Shown: positions 47,522 to 61,018, numbered from the stretch's first letter. The stretch: 64,000 bases of DNA from Azolla caroliniana (GCA_043228905.1 JBHGNT010000012.1:7936001-8000000); one strand, 5' to 3'. Program-made: numbers and translations. The notes: a model not told the origin generated them from the sequence alone.

Positions 47522-49889
47522 TAAGCCCCCTAGAGCATTCATACTGGACACTCACTCACACCTCCTCGTATCCATCCACATGCACACACGTGTGCATGTG
47601 TTCACATACGCATCGACTCACAATTACATTTATGCCCCCTACACACACACAACAATCATCATGATAACATTTGACCCTCGCTCATCACATTGACTCTCCG
47701 TACATCTCATACGGGGTAACACAATATGGCACGCCCGTGGGAAAGTGCCTTGCACGTCGATCCCACATGCCTTGATGATGATATTTCTTCGACCGGAACT
47801 TCCATCAGTCCTTTCAACGATCGACTCCCTCGATCGGAATGCTTGACTCGAACATCTTTGTCGGTCAGCAAATCGTCCGCGACACAAACATTCTCGTTCT
47901 ATCGGCTTACGAACTTCGTCATGGGTCCAAAATCATGTTGTATGTATGTGTGTTCTTCCTTTGTTTTAAGTGTGTGTGAGTAGTCTTGGGGATTTTCAAA
48001 ATTCTAGTGGTGCCCTCTTGTTTTTAAAATTTTATATTGTACCCTTATGTTTATGAAATCTTTATGAATACCCTTTATGTTTTTAAAATTTTGACAATGC
48101 CCTCACGTTTTTGGAAATTTGTCGGATGCCCTTATTGTTTAGAAATTTCTTGGATGCTCTTTTATCATTCTCCTTTTCCCTCATTTTTCTGTTTTTGTCT
48201 TTTTCTTTTTCTTGCCTCTTCTTCCTCGACCGGCTCTTGTTTCGTTGCCTTTTCTTCTATCTTTTTCTCATTCTTGCTTATGTTGTTACTATTCCTTCTC
48301 CTTCATCTTCCTCTTCTTCTCGTTTTCCTTTGTTCTTCTGCTACTGCTTCATCTTTCCGTCTTTCTTCTCTTCTTCTTCTTTCTTTTCTTTTTAATGATT
48401 TTGTCTGTCTTGTTTTTCTTCTTCTGCGTTTGCTTCTAGTTATTTCTCCTTCCATCGGCCGTCTCTTCTGTCGGCTAGTTGTCCGTTCATGTCTCCATCG
48501 TCGTTGCCATCTCTATCTCCATTGTCGTCGCCATTTCCATTTGTCGTTGTCGTCGTCCTTGTCAGCCCTATCCGGCCAGTCTACACTCGGCCGTCTACTC
48601 CAGCGGGCTTTCCGACGCCGTCCGGCTATTACGGCCACTTTTGTCGTTGTTTGGCCGTCGTTCCTGTCACTCTCCAGCTGCACCACTGTTCGGTCGTCAT
48701 CCCGACTTTGTGGCTGTTGTGGCCGTTGATTCTCCAGTCGTCGTTAGGGGTCTTCGCCGTATCTATGTATCTATTGGCCCTGTCCAGTCATCACCGTTTC
48801 CATTTTTCATTGTCGTCGTCTTCGTCACTATTGTTTGTCATCACCATCTCAGTATTTGGCTATCTTAGTCTCTGTTTCCATCTCTGGCTCCATCGTCGTT
48901 GCCGTTGCCGTTTGTCTCTGTCCGGCCTTGTCTGCCGGCTCCGTCTTTGTGTCCGTTTCTCCATCTCTGTCTCCGGCTCCGATGCCATCCATCCCATCGT
49001 TTCGGCAACTCTGGCTGTCTGTTTAGGGTTTTCGGCCGCCACCGTTCCTTCCGGCCGTCGGTTGCTGTCCGTCTGGCTCGTCCGACCGCTTCTCCGGTTA
49101 CTCTTCCGTTGATGTCCGGTCGTCGGTCCGGCTATCTTCGTCGTCTGACACATTCGGCTGTCTCTATCCAACTTGGCCGTTGCTGGTCCGCCACCACTTT
49201 AGTCATTGGTATGTGGCCACCGCCGTTTAATCGTCGTCCCGGCTCCGTCACCGTTCCGACTGTTCGGCCCGTCTAGCCGGCTATATGGCGGACTCCATCT
49301 CTAGTCGTCTCCGATCGTTTCCTCTGTCGATGTCGCTTTTCTAGCCATCAAACCGTCTTATCCCGGCTCGTTCCGGTCCGCTTTCCAGCAGTCGGTTCTG
49401 CTGTGTCTTTTCGTTTGCCTCTTCAACCTTCCGAACACCGTTGCTATTCTGGCCGTCATCCATCGCCTTGTCCGGCATGTCCGTCCATTCCGGTTATTCT
49501 GATTGCCTGTCCGGCAGCATCTTTCCGGCATCTCCATCCTGTTGTCGGTTGTCTTGGCCATTATGGTTGTCTCTTGCAGCACGCTTTCTTGCACACACAC
49601 GTCATTGCTAACCACACATTTGCACATTGTTATTTCTATTCTCGCACACTCACGTAACGCCATCATTTCGCGACTTCCTCTCATGCATTGTCATCGTTTT
49701 TGTACATCTTTGGCAACATGTCTCGGACATTTAGGACAAAAACAAACCAAACAAAACATACACATATAGAGATTAATTCGTTGTAGAATTGTGCATCAGT
49801 CAATCTTCCATTTCCGACTTCTTCTGCACATCATTGCCATCATTTGTCGCTTTTCTTGCATTTAGTCGCTATGGCTTGCACATCCGCGT

Positions 49890-52800
49890 TGTCGTAGTGT
49901 ATTTTGTACACTACGTGAAAAACGTATATAGTATTAGATTCAATAAAAAATGAAGAAATAGAAGAAAATAGCAAAATAAATGGAACATGCATAGGGCAAG
50001 ATTCGAACCTTGCACCTCCATGTTAATAATGTAATGTCTTACCATTACACTAGCATTTCATTAGTGTTAAAGCATAGATGTCCCACATAGAAAGGTAAAT
50101 TCACGCTAGGATAAACATTAAAAAAACGCATAACAAAAGAAAAAGCTACACATACACATCTAGCGTGCATGATAAAAAACGCACAAGTTAGAAAAAAGCA
50201 TGATCACTTTAGATAAAGCATATAGTCTATCTATAGGAAAAGCATGGGGTCTATAGTTAGAGAAAAAGCATGGATTACTAAGACTTCCTCATCACTACAT
50301 AAGGATGGGGAGCACAATGTAATTGTGTGTGAAAAATATTTGGAAACTGGATATGTTTCTAAAAAACACCAATTAATAAACTATACTCGTGGGATTCACG
50401 AGAATTCTATATCATTCTCTTTCAACCGAAGTTTATATTCTTATATTCATATTGATTAATCTAATACAATACACTCGTGGGATTCACGAGTTTGCTATAA
50501 CTCTTTCTTACAACATATTTATATTCTTATTAGCCTTAAAACTCTCCTCTTCCTAGTCCAAAACCCCTGCGGTTCCCACCCGACTCACGCAACGATCTGG
50601 CGCCGAAAGGCACGACACAAGTTGGTGAACCCGACGTGAAGGCAGGTGGCAAGGAGATGGAGAATCAACAAGAGGCAATGAACATGATGATAATGATGTT
50701 CGAGCGGATGCTACAAGAACAACGAGCGATGTCGGAGATCACGGGGGCAGTAAAGCGGCTCGTACAACGAAACGGGGAATTCAACGGTAAGGGTGTGTCA
50801 CGCTACCTACGTGAATATAAGGCGGAGATGATGCAATATCGGATACCGGAAGGATTGCAAGTGATATCCTTTAGTCGGGTGGCCTCGGACGAACTACAAG
50901 AGAGAATCCACAAGATACAACAACAAAACTCGACATGGGAGTCCTTTGAAGAAGCTTTACGAGAGGCATATGACTATGAGAGATGGACGGGACGAGATCG
51001 ACGAGAATTCGACGAATGGGTGGCGTCGGAGAAGACTCACCGAAGTGCAACGCAAGCGTTCCTAGAGTTCGAGCATCGTTTTGCTCGACTCTCGGAGCGG
51101 GAACGAAGATTGGTGGGAGAAGATAAAGTCTTAATGTTCGTAAGATCGATCGATCGAAAAGAAAGGATGGACATCGGGATCGAACTCGAAGATGATGACG
51201 GTGCGAACGGTCTTACCGAGGATTGGGCCAAAGTCGAAAGGGTATGCCGAAGACATGATGAAAGGAAGCTGAGAATCTCGTCAACAACGACATGGCCCAT
51301 GAAGGATGGTCGATTGAGGAAAAACGATGAAGCCAATATGAAGGCCGAAATACAACATGATGGTACCACGGGAGAAAGAGTGGAACAAGACACCCACTCG
51401 TCTTGTGAAAGAACGATGGCGAAGGATAAGGCCGATAATTCAAGTGTAGAAGGAAATTTCAGGATACAAGTGCCCGAGACATCGGGTCAAAAAGGGGTAA
51501 GCATAATAGATGTTTGCATAATTGATGCAGATAAAGAGTGTGAAGCGGATGTGATTAAGGAGGTAGCCACAAAAGACGAAATCGAATCGGAGGTGGCTAT
51601 GGACGAATCAATGGCGGATTGCCATATCGAGACTTCCCCACCACTGATTCCAGAGACTCCGGTGGTTGCGATTGAAAGGCAACGTGAGACCGAAGAGACG
51701 GAAGGTGGCGGAGAGAAAACGAATGTCGAAGCCGACGAATACGATGAAGAGATAGCCGAGAAGAATGCTAAGGGTGAAACTACGAAAGAAGGTAATACCG
51801 AGGATTCATGCCAACAATATCTAGAGACTTCGGCGGTTGTGTCCGAGAACCAACGTGAGACCGGAGAGACGGGAGATGGCGGCGAGGAAGGTAAAGTCGG
51901 AAGTCGGTTCGGATGGAAAATGATCCATCCGAAATTCCAATCTAAAAGAAAGTGCGACAATGCGGAGGTCGGGTCTACGACGGGAGAAGCGCGTAATACA
52001 GAGCACGCTCTACGGCGAATAAAGAAACGCGTGTTATGGCGAATAAAGAAGCACGCGCTAAGGCGAGAAAAGAAGCATGCATTACAACGACACGAGGACC
52101 GAACAACGAGCACATATCGGAGGACCTACGTGGCGAACAACGGAAAGAAGTGCCGAAAGTCGAACCGGACAAGGCAGGTGAAAACGAAGAAAAGAAAGCA
52201 AATCCGGACGAAAAGAAAAGAAAAGAAACCGACCCGAAAGAGCACTGAATCGGTAAAAACCGATCAACCGAGTCCGGATCGACCGAATACAAATCGGAAA
52301 GGAAGCCGAACTAAACGAAAGACGATCCGACGAGACCGAATCGGAAGTAAGCTAATCCGACTAAACCAAAAATCCGAAAAGAAGTCGAGATTGATGAAGA
52401 AAAGATACTACCGCGGATGACAAGGACCAAGCGGGCCATGCAAAAAGCGAACGAAGACTATGGTGGATCGGATGTCGACAATGGTTCGGGTGGAAAGAAT
52501 GGATGTGCTCCAAATGGAGAGACAAAGTCAACATAACAAGAGAAGTCGAGGGTACTACGAGCCGGCAACGAAACCAATCGGGTAGAGACTGGACGGAGGA
52601 GACTAACAAACACCAACAACTTCGGCACATACCGGAGGATGTGCGGGTTTGGAGGGGGTGAGTGTCGTAGTGTATTTTGTACACTACGTGAAAAACGTAT
52701 ATAGTATTAGATTCAATAAAAAATGAAGAAATAGAAGAAAATAGCAAAATAAATGGAACATGCATAGGGCAAGATTCGAACCTTGCACCTCCATGTTAAT

Positions 52801-53390
52801 AATGTAATGTCTTACCATTACACTAGCATTTCATTAGTGTTAAAGCATAGATGTCCCACATAGAAAGGTAAATTCACGCTAGGATAAACATTAAAAAAAC
52901 GCATAACAAAAGAAAAAGCTACACATACACATCTAGCGTGCATGATAAAAAACGCACAAGTTAGAAAAAAGCATGATCACTTTAGATAAAGCATATAGTC
53001 TATCTATAGGAAAAGCATGGGGTCTATAGTTAGAGAAAAAGCATGGATTACTAAGACTTCCTCATCACTACATAAGGATGGGGAGCACAATGTAATTGTG
53101 TGTGAAAAATATTTGGAAACTGGATATGTTTCTAAAAAACACCAATTAATAAACTATACTCGTGGGATTCACGAGAATTCTATATCATTCTCTTTCAACC
53201 GAAGTTTATATTCTTATATTCATATTGATTAATCTAATACAATACACTCGTGGGATTCACGAGTTTGCTATAACTCTTTCTTACAACATATTTATATTCT
53301 TATTAGCCTTAAAACTCTCCTCTTCCTAGTCCAAAACCCCTGCGGTTCCCACCCGACTCACGCAACGATCTGGCGCCGAAAGGCACGACA
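49890..53390 (+). mobile_element. Young gag-only (TR-GAG-like) tRNA-Trp LTR element
   Basis: 728-bp LTRs 49890-50617 and 52663-53390 with no difference seen by eye, PBS 50623-50640, PPT GGAGGGGGTGAG 52651-52662, 4-bp TSD GCGT. Confidence 0.92.
50657..52420 (+). CDS. Intact Gag-like protein with acidic middle and basic C-terminal tail
   Basis: FNGKGVSRYL..LMFVRSID..GLTEDWAKVERVC aligns by eye with FSGKDATKYL..LLFVKSVD..GLTTDWAAVKRVC of the 2241..4196 gag; no zinc knuckle or pol. Confidence 0.8.
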   Translation: MENQQEAMNMMIMMFERMLQEQRAMSEITGAVKRLVQRNGEFNGKGVSRYLREYKAEMMQYRIPEGLQVISFSRVASDELQERIHKIQQQNSTWESFEEALREAYDYERWTGRDRREFDEWVASEKTHRSATQAFLEFEHRFARLSERERRLVGEDKVLMFVRSIDRKERMDIGIELEDDDGANGLTEDWAKVERVCRRHDERKLRISSTTTWPMKDGRLRKNDEANMKAEIQHDGTTGERVEQDTHSSCERTMAKDKADNSSVEGNFRIQVPETSGQKGVSIIDVCIIDADKECEADVIKEVATKDEIESEVAMDESMADCHIETSPPLIPETPVVAIERQRETEETEGGGEKTNVEADEYDEEIAEKNAKGETTKEGNTEDSCQQYLETSAVVSENQRETGETGDGGEEGKVGSRFGWKMIHPKFQSKRKCDNAEVGSTTGEARNTEHALRRIKKRVLWRIKKHALRREKKHALQRHEDRTTSTYRRTYVANNGKKCRKSNRTRQVKTKKRKQIRTKRKEKKPTRKSTESVKTDQPSPDRPNTNRKGSRTKRKTIRRDRIGSKLIRLNQKSEKKSRLMKKRYYRG

Positions 53391-53768
53391 GCGTATCATT
53401 CTTCGACTCCGTCTCCAAAGGGGGGTCGCCTTAGTGGTCGCCAAAAGCTGTTGTATGATTTTAGGGTTAGGTTAAGGATGATGATAATCATGATAAAGAT
53501 AGACATGGTGGTTATGATGATGATGGAGAGTATGGGATTGATGGCGAGAGAGATCATGTGCATTGAGAAGCATTGCGGGGTGGGGGGTGGTGCCTAGAAT
53601 GGCTCCACCCCCCTCCCAAGGGGATTCAACATTGAGGGGGAGAGAGAGAGGGAGAGAGAGAAATGTTCATTCATGTTTCATTCATTCCCCATAAGGGGTT
53701 AAATAGTACAAGAGGGGGTAGATAGAAAGGGGTGTAAGCCCCCTAGAGCATTCATACTGGACACTCAC

Positions 53769-54593
53769 CATGGTTGTTTACGTACCCGTATTTAACATTT
53801 AAATACATATAGTACCTCATCATTTGTATAGTACGTACTATACCTCAATGTTGTTCAGTCAAATATCATGTACATTTGTCCAATACGGTATTTAACGTAT
53901 TTATAAAAAAACAGGTATAATACGTATTTATAAAGAAAATGTAAGTAAAACCCTGACAAAAAGCAAAAGAAAAAAAAAGATTTTAATGAGAAAGAGGTCA
54001 AAGGAAGGAAGAAAGAAGAATAGAAGAGACAACAATGAAGAAGAAGAAGAGAGAAACGAAGACATAAACCTGTCCTGAGTGTGATAATCGTAGAAGATAG
54101 AAGAAGAAGAAGAAGAAAACGAAGAAAAGAGAAACCTATCATGAGTGTTATAATCGTAGATGATTCCTCAATCTATGAAGGCATAATTGTAAATAATTAC
54201 AATTTGAAGTAGAACATCGTGATACACACTTACACTGGTTTATAGAATAAGGGAATATCGACATCCATATTACTACAAGTATTTTAGGATGTGAAATGTT
54301 CAAATGTCTTATATGCATTTTAGGATGTAGAACTATATTGTACATCACAAAATTGTGTAAACATAGATGTTTTTTACAATATTATAGATATTTTTTAGAA
54401 AAGTAAATAATTTTCAAATTCTAGAAGTATTTAATGTACTATACGTAAAATACGTATTTTACGTACTTTACGTATTTTATAAGTATTTAACATATTAAGA
54501 AAACATATTTAACGTATTTTTAAATTGGGAGGTACTATACGGGTATTAATACGTTAAATACGTATGGTATCCGTACCATACCTAACAACCTTG
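53769..54593. mobile_element. Non-autonomous hAT-type DNA transposon (825 bp)
   Basis: TIR CATGGTTGTT / AACAACCTTG, 8-bp TSD ACACTCAC, subterminal TACGTA/CGTATTT repeats. Confidence 0.85.
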
Positions 54594-54767
54594 ACACTCA
54601 CTCACACCTCCTCGTATCCATCCAGATGCACACACGTGTCCATGTGTTCACATACGTATCGACTCACAATTACATTTATGCCCCCTACACACACACAACA
54701 ATCATCATGATAACATTTGACCCTCGCTCATCACATTGACTCTCCGTACATCTCTTACGGGGTAACA

Positions 54768-55985
54768 ACGTTAGATTTGTTCATTTCGCCTGCCCATGGG
54801 TTTGGGGATGGTAGCCGGAGGAGAGGTTACAAGAGACCTTGAGCATCTTGAAGAGATGCTTCCAAAATTTGGAGACGAATTGAGGTCCTCGATCACTGAT
54901 GATACTGTCTGGGAGGCCATAATGCCGAAATACCTCACGCATGACAAGGGCGGCGGTTTCCTCACTAGTGATGGCCTTAGTACACGGCACAAAATGTGCC
55001 ATCTTAGTATATCGATCAACGATGGTTAAGATAGCATCGAAACCCTTCGACATTGGCAGATCTGTGATAAAATCAAGACAAATAGATTGCCACGACTTCC
55101 TTGGAATCGGTAAGGGTTTCAACAAGCCATATGGATGATGTCGTGGCATCTTTGCTCGGTAGCAAGCATCATAGGTCAGAACGTAGTCATCGACAAAACG
55201 TCACATATGGGGCCACCAAAAAGATCGTTGAACTAGATCCAACGTCTTCATACTACCGAAATGTCCTGTTGTATGGGTGTCGTGACAATTTTGGACGATT
55301 TGAAGGCAACAGGAGCAATCGGGAACACATACAAGATTTTTAAAGAACAATAAACCATCATGATATTCGAATTGTCGGTAGTCCATACCTGGTTGTTGAG
55401 ACTAGGAACATGATGCTCGAGAGGTATCAATGTGCACTAGAATGGCTTGAGTAAAACTGTCTGTCTTCAAGTTAGCACGTATGGCATTGATAATCCGGGA
55501 ATCTAGTGGAGTGTGAAAAACCCGTGTTGTGTGCAAACGTGTTGGTCCCAAGATTACCTGCTTTTGATTATCAAACGCTGGATCACCAGGACGACGTGCA
55601 AGATATGAACGTTGCGATAGTGCATCTACTTTTCCTTGTTGATTTTGAAGTCAAAACACATGAGGAATTGGGCCCACCGAGCTTGCCGTCGATTTAGTAC
55701 ACGAGCATTCTAGAAATAAGCAAGATTTTTGTGATCACTAAAGACGATGACCTGATGTAGAGATCCCTCTAAGAAGTGCCGCCATTGCATAAATGAATCC
55801 ACGATGGCTAATAACTCCTTGTCATGTATCTCGTAGTTGATTTCCGCGGCATCAAATTTGCGTGAATGGAAAGCCATAGGATGTAACTCTTCTTTATCTC
55901 TTTGTTGAGAAAGGATGCTACCGAGGGCGAAATCCGATACGTTGGCCTCCATGATGAATGGTTTGTTTGTATCCACATGAGCTAG
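54768..55985 (-). mobile_element. Continuation of the second Tcn1/Sushi-type copy (integrase, RNase H)
   Basis: SICLDFITDLP..ISDRGPQFVSKFW, YEIHDKELLAIV; collinear with 36785-38020. Confidence 0.88.
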
Positions 55986-55989
55986 TACT

Positions 55990-56640
55990 TGTGTCCACAC
56001 CCAATTTTGAGATTTCCCCGGCTGATCATCCATACCGACTCACTTGGAGTTGTTCAGTACCTGTCTTCGGCTAGCATGTCGATGGAATCCAAACTCCTTT
56101 TCAGATCGGGTACGTGTCGGACTTGGTGTAGGATGATTTTGTTGCCATTTGACAATTGAATTGGTACTTCTCCAACTCCTACTATTCTGCACTCTTGCCC
56201 ATTGCCTAGTCAGATTGTGCCACTGTGCCGAATAGTTTGAAAACCATTCGTTGTTTGGGGTCATGTGGAATGTTGCAGTGGAGTCCAATAGCCACGTGTG
56301 TGCATCTTGTGCATTGTAGAAGACTTCTTCGATCATTGAATCCTCTAAGGAGAGAATTTCTCATGATCGGGTGTCAACAACGTTGATTTGGCTGCCCACT
56401 AAAGAGTGGTCCGAGTCAGGTTGTCCTCGATTCCGCTCAAATTGTTGACCACTCTCTTTCCTTTTGATCGACCAACAGTCGGAATCATGGTGGCTAGCTT
56501 TTCTGCAATGTGTGTAGAATTCACTGGATCAACCCGTTCTCGACTTCGACCGTTGTCGATCTCCCGTCGTTTTCAATCGACTACTCAAAACATTGGAGTG
56601 CTCAAATGTAGCTAGACTTTCAACCTTTGAGGGCAAGTAT
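55990..56640 (-). mobile_element. Ty1/copia gag-end/protease fragment
   Basis: WLLDSTATFHMTPNNEWFSNY protease motif. Confidence 0.65.
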
Positions 56641-59600
56641 TCGAGCTCTTAGCCCACAAAAATTAACTCGATCATAATCGTCAAGGGGGGAATTTTAGTT
56701 CTTGAGTCGTCACTTTTGCACAAGGACGTTAAGCTTTTGAGGGCTCCTAACCCTCTATTCGAGGCATGAAGTTGTTAAATGACATTTAGATGAGGTGTCT
56801 ACACAAACTCGATTGAATATTCCTAGAGAGTTGACACACATAATATCGTATTTCCACCATCAAACCATATTCCTTAGAAACTTCGCGACTTTGTGGATGT
56901 TCTTTAATTCATATAGGTTTTTGAGGAATTGTTTTTTCCATTGCATGTATTACTACAACAGAAGGAACTACCTCTAGGAAATACTTTGCAATTTGCAAGA
57001 AGGATGTGACCATGACTAGAGAAGAAAATTATTTTGTTGGAAAAAATACATCTAATTCAATATGGCTGACAAATGCAAGCGATTACAATCACGAATGGTA
57101 TGAATTACATTATGCTTATTAATTAGGTTCAATTTATAGGACTAAAAGACTTAAATATGGAATCTCATTTTAAACTAAATATAAAGAAGGACATGATGTG
57201 GGACAAACTGAAAGCAATAAGGTTCCATGTTGTTTACAAATAGTGGGAGATGACAAGTGAAAATAAATACACCACACTTATATTCTCAACCATAGCATAT
57301 TTCAAGTTTTTACTTTATAACAAGTCTAATATATAATATGAAGATGGTGGCATGCATACTAATGAGATGACGACTAATTTACATTAGGCAATTTAAGTCA
57401 TTACCATTTGTAAGCATGTGTTGTTAACAATCCCTAAAAATAAGCAATGATGTTTGATATATGTTTCAACTTCCTTACTATCATAATAAGGTTTAGTATG
57501 TGTTAGGTATATCATAAATAGATAATGCATGCCATTTCTTAAATGTGGCTCATACATGCCCGGCATAGTTGTTTTATATGGACACAATGAAATAAAGCAT
57601 CATGATATATCAGCTCATGGTTCATTAAAGATACATGTGAAATATTCAAAATAAGAGTTTTCAAGTTAAATGAAACATTAACTAATAATGAAATATAGAA
57701 CCTATAAACAAGATTGGAAATAAACCAAGGATGTGGTCATCACCTTTTACTTATATTTCTTTATTGTAAACTTAAACCTAAAATTGCTGAAAAACATTCG
57801 TTCAAAAGGTGTATATATAAATGTGGGTGAAAGAAAGAGTTAGAAATATATTCATGAAAAGGTGTTGTAACTTGTCTAGATCTAGAGTTGTGTAAGTTGC
57901 TTAAAAATCCTTGTCGATATTTGTTCATATTATTGAAGTAGAAACAAAAATAAGGTTAATTGTTGTTAAATGAGAGACTGCTGAAAAACTTGCATCGCAT
58001 TTATCCAAAGTGGAAAGTTATATATGATGACTAGTCTAGGGAGCAAATATATTATATTTAGTACAAAAGACGTAAATTATACATGACAACTTTCGACTCA
58101 TGGATTATTTGTGAATCATAACATAATGTAAGCCAATTATTCTAGAAATCTTGAGATGTCCATTCCAGATATTTATTCGTTGGTGGTTGACTACATACCA
58201 CTTTTATTTTGTGAGAGATGTAGGTTCTTTTTTTGCATTGATAAAGGGCACAGACTACATGCACAAATGTTTATTTTTGGAAGGTCTAAGTTCAAGAAGC
58301 ATTGTTTGAGGCAAGGCTTTGTCACCTTGATGTGTCTTAGAGTTAGTAATGTTTGTAAAACTGAAAGGTAACAAATGAAGCATCTATGGACCAGTATTAA
58401 AACAGAATTCTTTGAATGAAAAGAAACACAAAAAATCAAAGGTATGTACATGTTTGCAATGCTGAATTGGTTCCTTTCCTGTGTATATTTATATATGTCC
58501 CCAATCTATTAGCTTTGTTACATCTCATAATCATACATTTTGATACTTTGAAATCTCTTAGTAATACATCCGTGATTTCTCCTCACCATTTCCTAGGTTT
58601 GAACAAAGAACGATTAGAATTGGCTAGTATATGTGTCACTTTACTTGTAAAATGTCATTATCCCATGACACAATTTTCACACTAGTAGTTCACAACTAGT
58701 ATATTTATTTGCTTGTCTTATAAATGTAGAGAATTTAATTTGTGTACAAATACTAACATGTGATGCGGCCAATTCTCATCACATCTATGATTTGGCATGA
58801 TATTTAGCACCTACAGTAATTAATGGATGGGCTTATTATGTTTACAATATACGTGAACTTTAATCTTTTGAATTTTAAACTATTATTGGATTTTCTTCTT
58901 TTCTTTGATTCAACTAGGAATCCTTTTACTTGAAACTATGCTTGACATTTATAAGTAAATCTAATATATATCTAGTTAATGAGGTTTTGTGTCATATTTA
59001 TCTATATTTGAGGTTGGTTTGTCATCACAACCTTTGACATGTAGTTTTTTTGTCTACCATGATAGAATGCTATAAAGAACTCACATGTTGAGACATTGTG
59101 ATTGAGATGCATAAGCAAATATCTCTTCAGACGAAGTATGCTTTCAGGGAAGGAACCATTCTTTTGGGTATGTGATTTACATATTTTGTTCACATTCTTT
59201 AATTTTATTGATATATGTAATGGAGATTGTTGATAAATTGATGGTTCAATATGGAAACATAGATTTATTAAAAGTTATTAGAGTAATCATTATCAAACAA
59301 TTAATTCTTATGTCAATACACACTTTTTACTAGATAGAGAGCACAAATAGAGGAAATGGTATGCATGATTCTTAAAATGCAGATGTTCTTTAAATGAATA
59401 GAAAGCAACATTCTTGTAGCGGCTATGAAGTAGACAAATTATTTATCCATCAAACGCATCTCAGAACAATGTTTGTTACTTTTAGACCCTAATTCGATCC
59501 TTTACCTACCAACCCATCAATTTCATCGATTAGAAAACAAACATAAATCTCTTTTTCGTTAGATGAAACACAACTTTTACCACATATTTCACTATCTCAT

Positions 59601-61018
59601 CGAATTACCATGGTCATTGCTTTCATTTTGAGGGAGATATTTGTCAAGAAATAAACACTTACATTTCATATTTATGAGAAGATGGCGGGTACCTTCAACC
59701 ATTAGTTTAATAAAAGACATGATCTCTTTTGTTTTATCTTTATGGATGACTGCAATTATATGCATTAGTTAATTAATGGGAAACTACTTATATCATGTGT
59801 CATTTTCTTATACTCGAAACGTATACCTCTTTCACCTACAATGAAGTCTCATGGATGAAACAACTAAAATACCATATGAATGTGCTCAGACCATAATGAT
59901 ATTATACCATCTCAATACACTTACAAGAAATAAAATTACAAATTCATTAACACTTCTACATACTTCACCACCATAACCACAATGAGCATGATGCTTTCAA
60001 TATAGATAACAGTGGTCCAACACGACAATCATGGCATTTTAGGTCACAAGCTTCTTCGATATCTATGGACAATGATGATATTGAGGTACTATTTCTCCAA
60101 TGCATATTTACCATAGGATACATTTTTATTAGCCATTAAAAGTTTAATATGTTTTATGCTATGTAAGTGATGATCCAAAGGAATATAACAAAGCAATAAA
60201 AAGTTTTAGAGATAGGAGGATTATGTGTAGATGAAGTATACAAGTGAATGTGGCTTGCCTTAAAAGGGGCACATGCAAAGTGCACATGGGAATCAACATA
60301 TAGTTCGCATGTTGTCCTAGTGTGTGTGCGATAAACCTATCTAGTGCTCAACAAATATGCACGAGTTGTTCTAGAAGTATACAATGGATGTGCCTTCCCT
60401 TAAAAAGGAATGAGGAACGAGTGCTCCCTTGTGCACATGGAATGTGCCTAGGCTAACACTTACCTACATGTGCAAATTGTAAAGGGAGATCAAAATATGG
60501 TTCACATGTTGTCCTTGTGCATTTGGAGTGAGCCTAGGTTTTTGCTATTGACAATACGCACGAGTAAAAGTGCATCCTACATATGTGTAGGTTGTTCAAC
60601 CAATATGCATGAGGGGCTTACACATCTATAACCTGTCTCTCTGGAGTGAGCCTACTTAGTGCCCCACAACACATGTACAAGTTTTAAAGGGGGAGGAGGG
60701 GCAACAACATACGGTCAATTGAAGAATTTTTATGTGGAACAAACATCAAATCTATTAAACCCAAAGTTCAAGTCTATAAAGCAAAACCTTTATCACTTGC
60801 ATTGTGTTTTTATATTAGATAATTGTATTTTCATGTAACTTTGTGAACCTATTAGGAATAATTTTCTAAATAGATGAACTTATGGGGATGTCAAAAGTCT
60901 GGTAAAAAATGTATAGAGACAATGTCCACATTCAAGCTTTGACAAATTATGTCTTGTTATAATTGGTTGAGCATCGTGGTGATCAATGCTTTGTATATGA
61001 TAGACTAAATATGCATCG

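Larger units (their letters stand above)
47522..54767 (-). mobile_element. Non-autonomous Arg-type LTR element (truncated 3' LTR 47522-47721; 5' LTR 53449-54767), carrying two nested insertions
   Basis: 47522-47721 matches 53736-53768 plus 54602-54767. PBS TGGCGACCAC at 53434-53443; tRNA-like motif 47727-47766; internal region low-complexity with no recognisable pol. Confidence 0.75.

Noticed and set aside
48037-49769. Overlapping ORFs rich in F/L/S/V/R
   Set aside because: Low-complexity pyrimidine-rich internal sequence of a non-autonomous element with no recognisable domain.
50244-50459. Duplicated 71-aa ORF (also 53017..53232)
   Set aside because: Chance ORF within the two LTR copies.
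56700-61000. Short ORFs in the AT-rich spacer
   Set aside because: No domain similarity or convincing exon structure; treated as intergenic or intronic.
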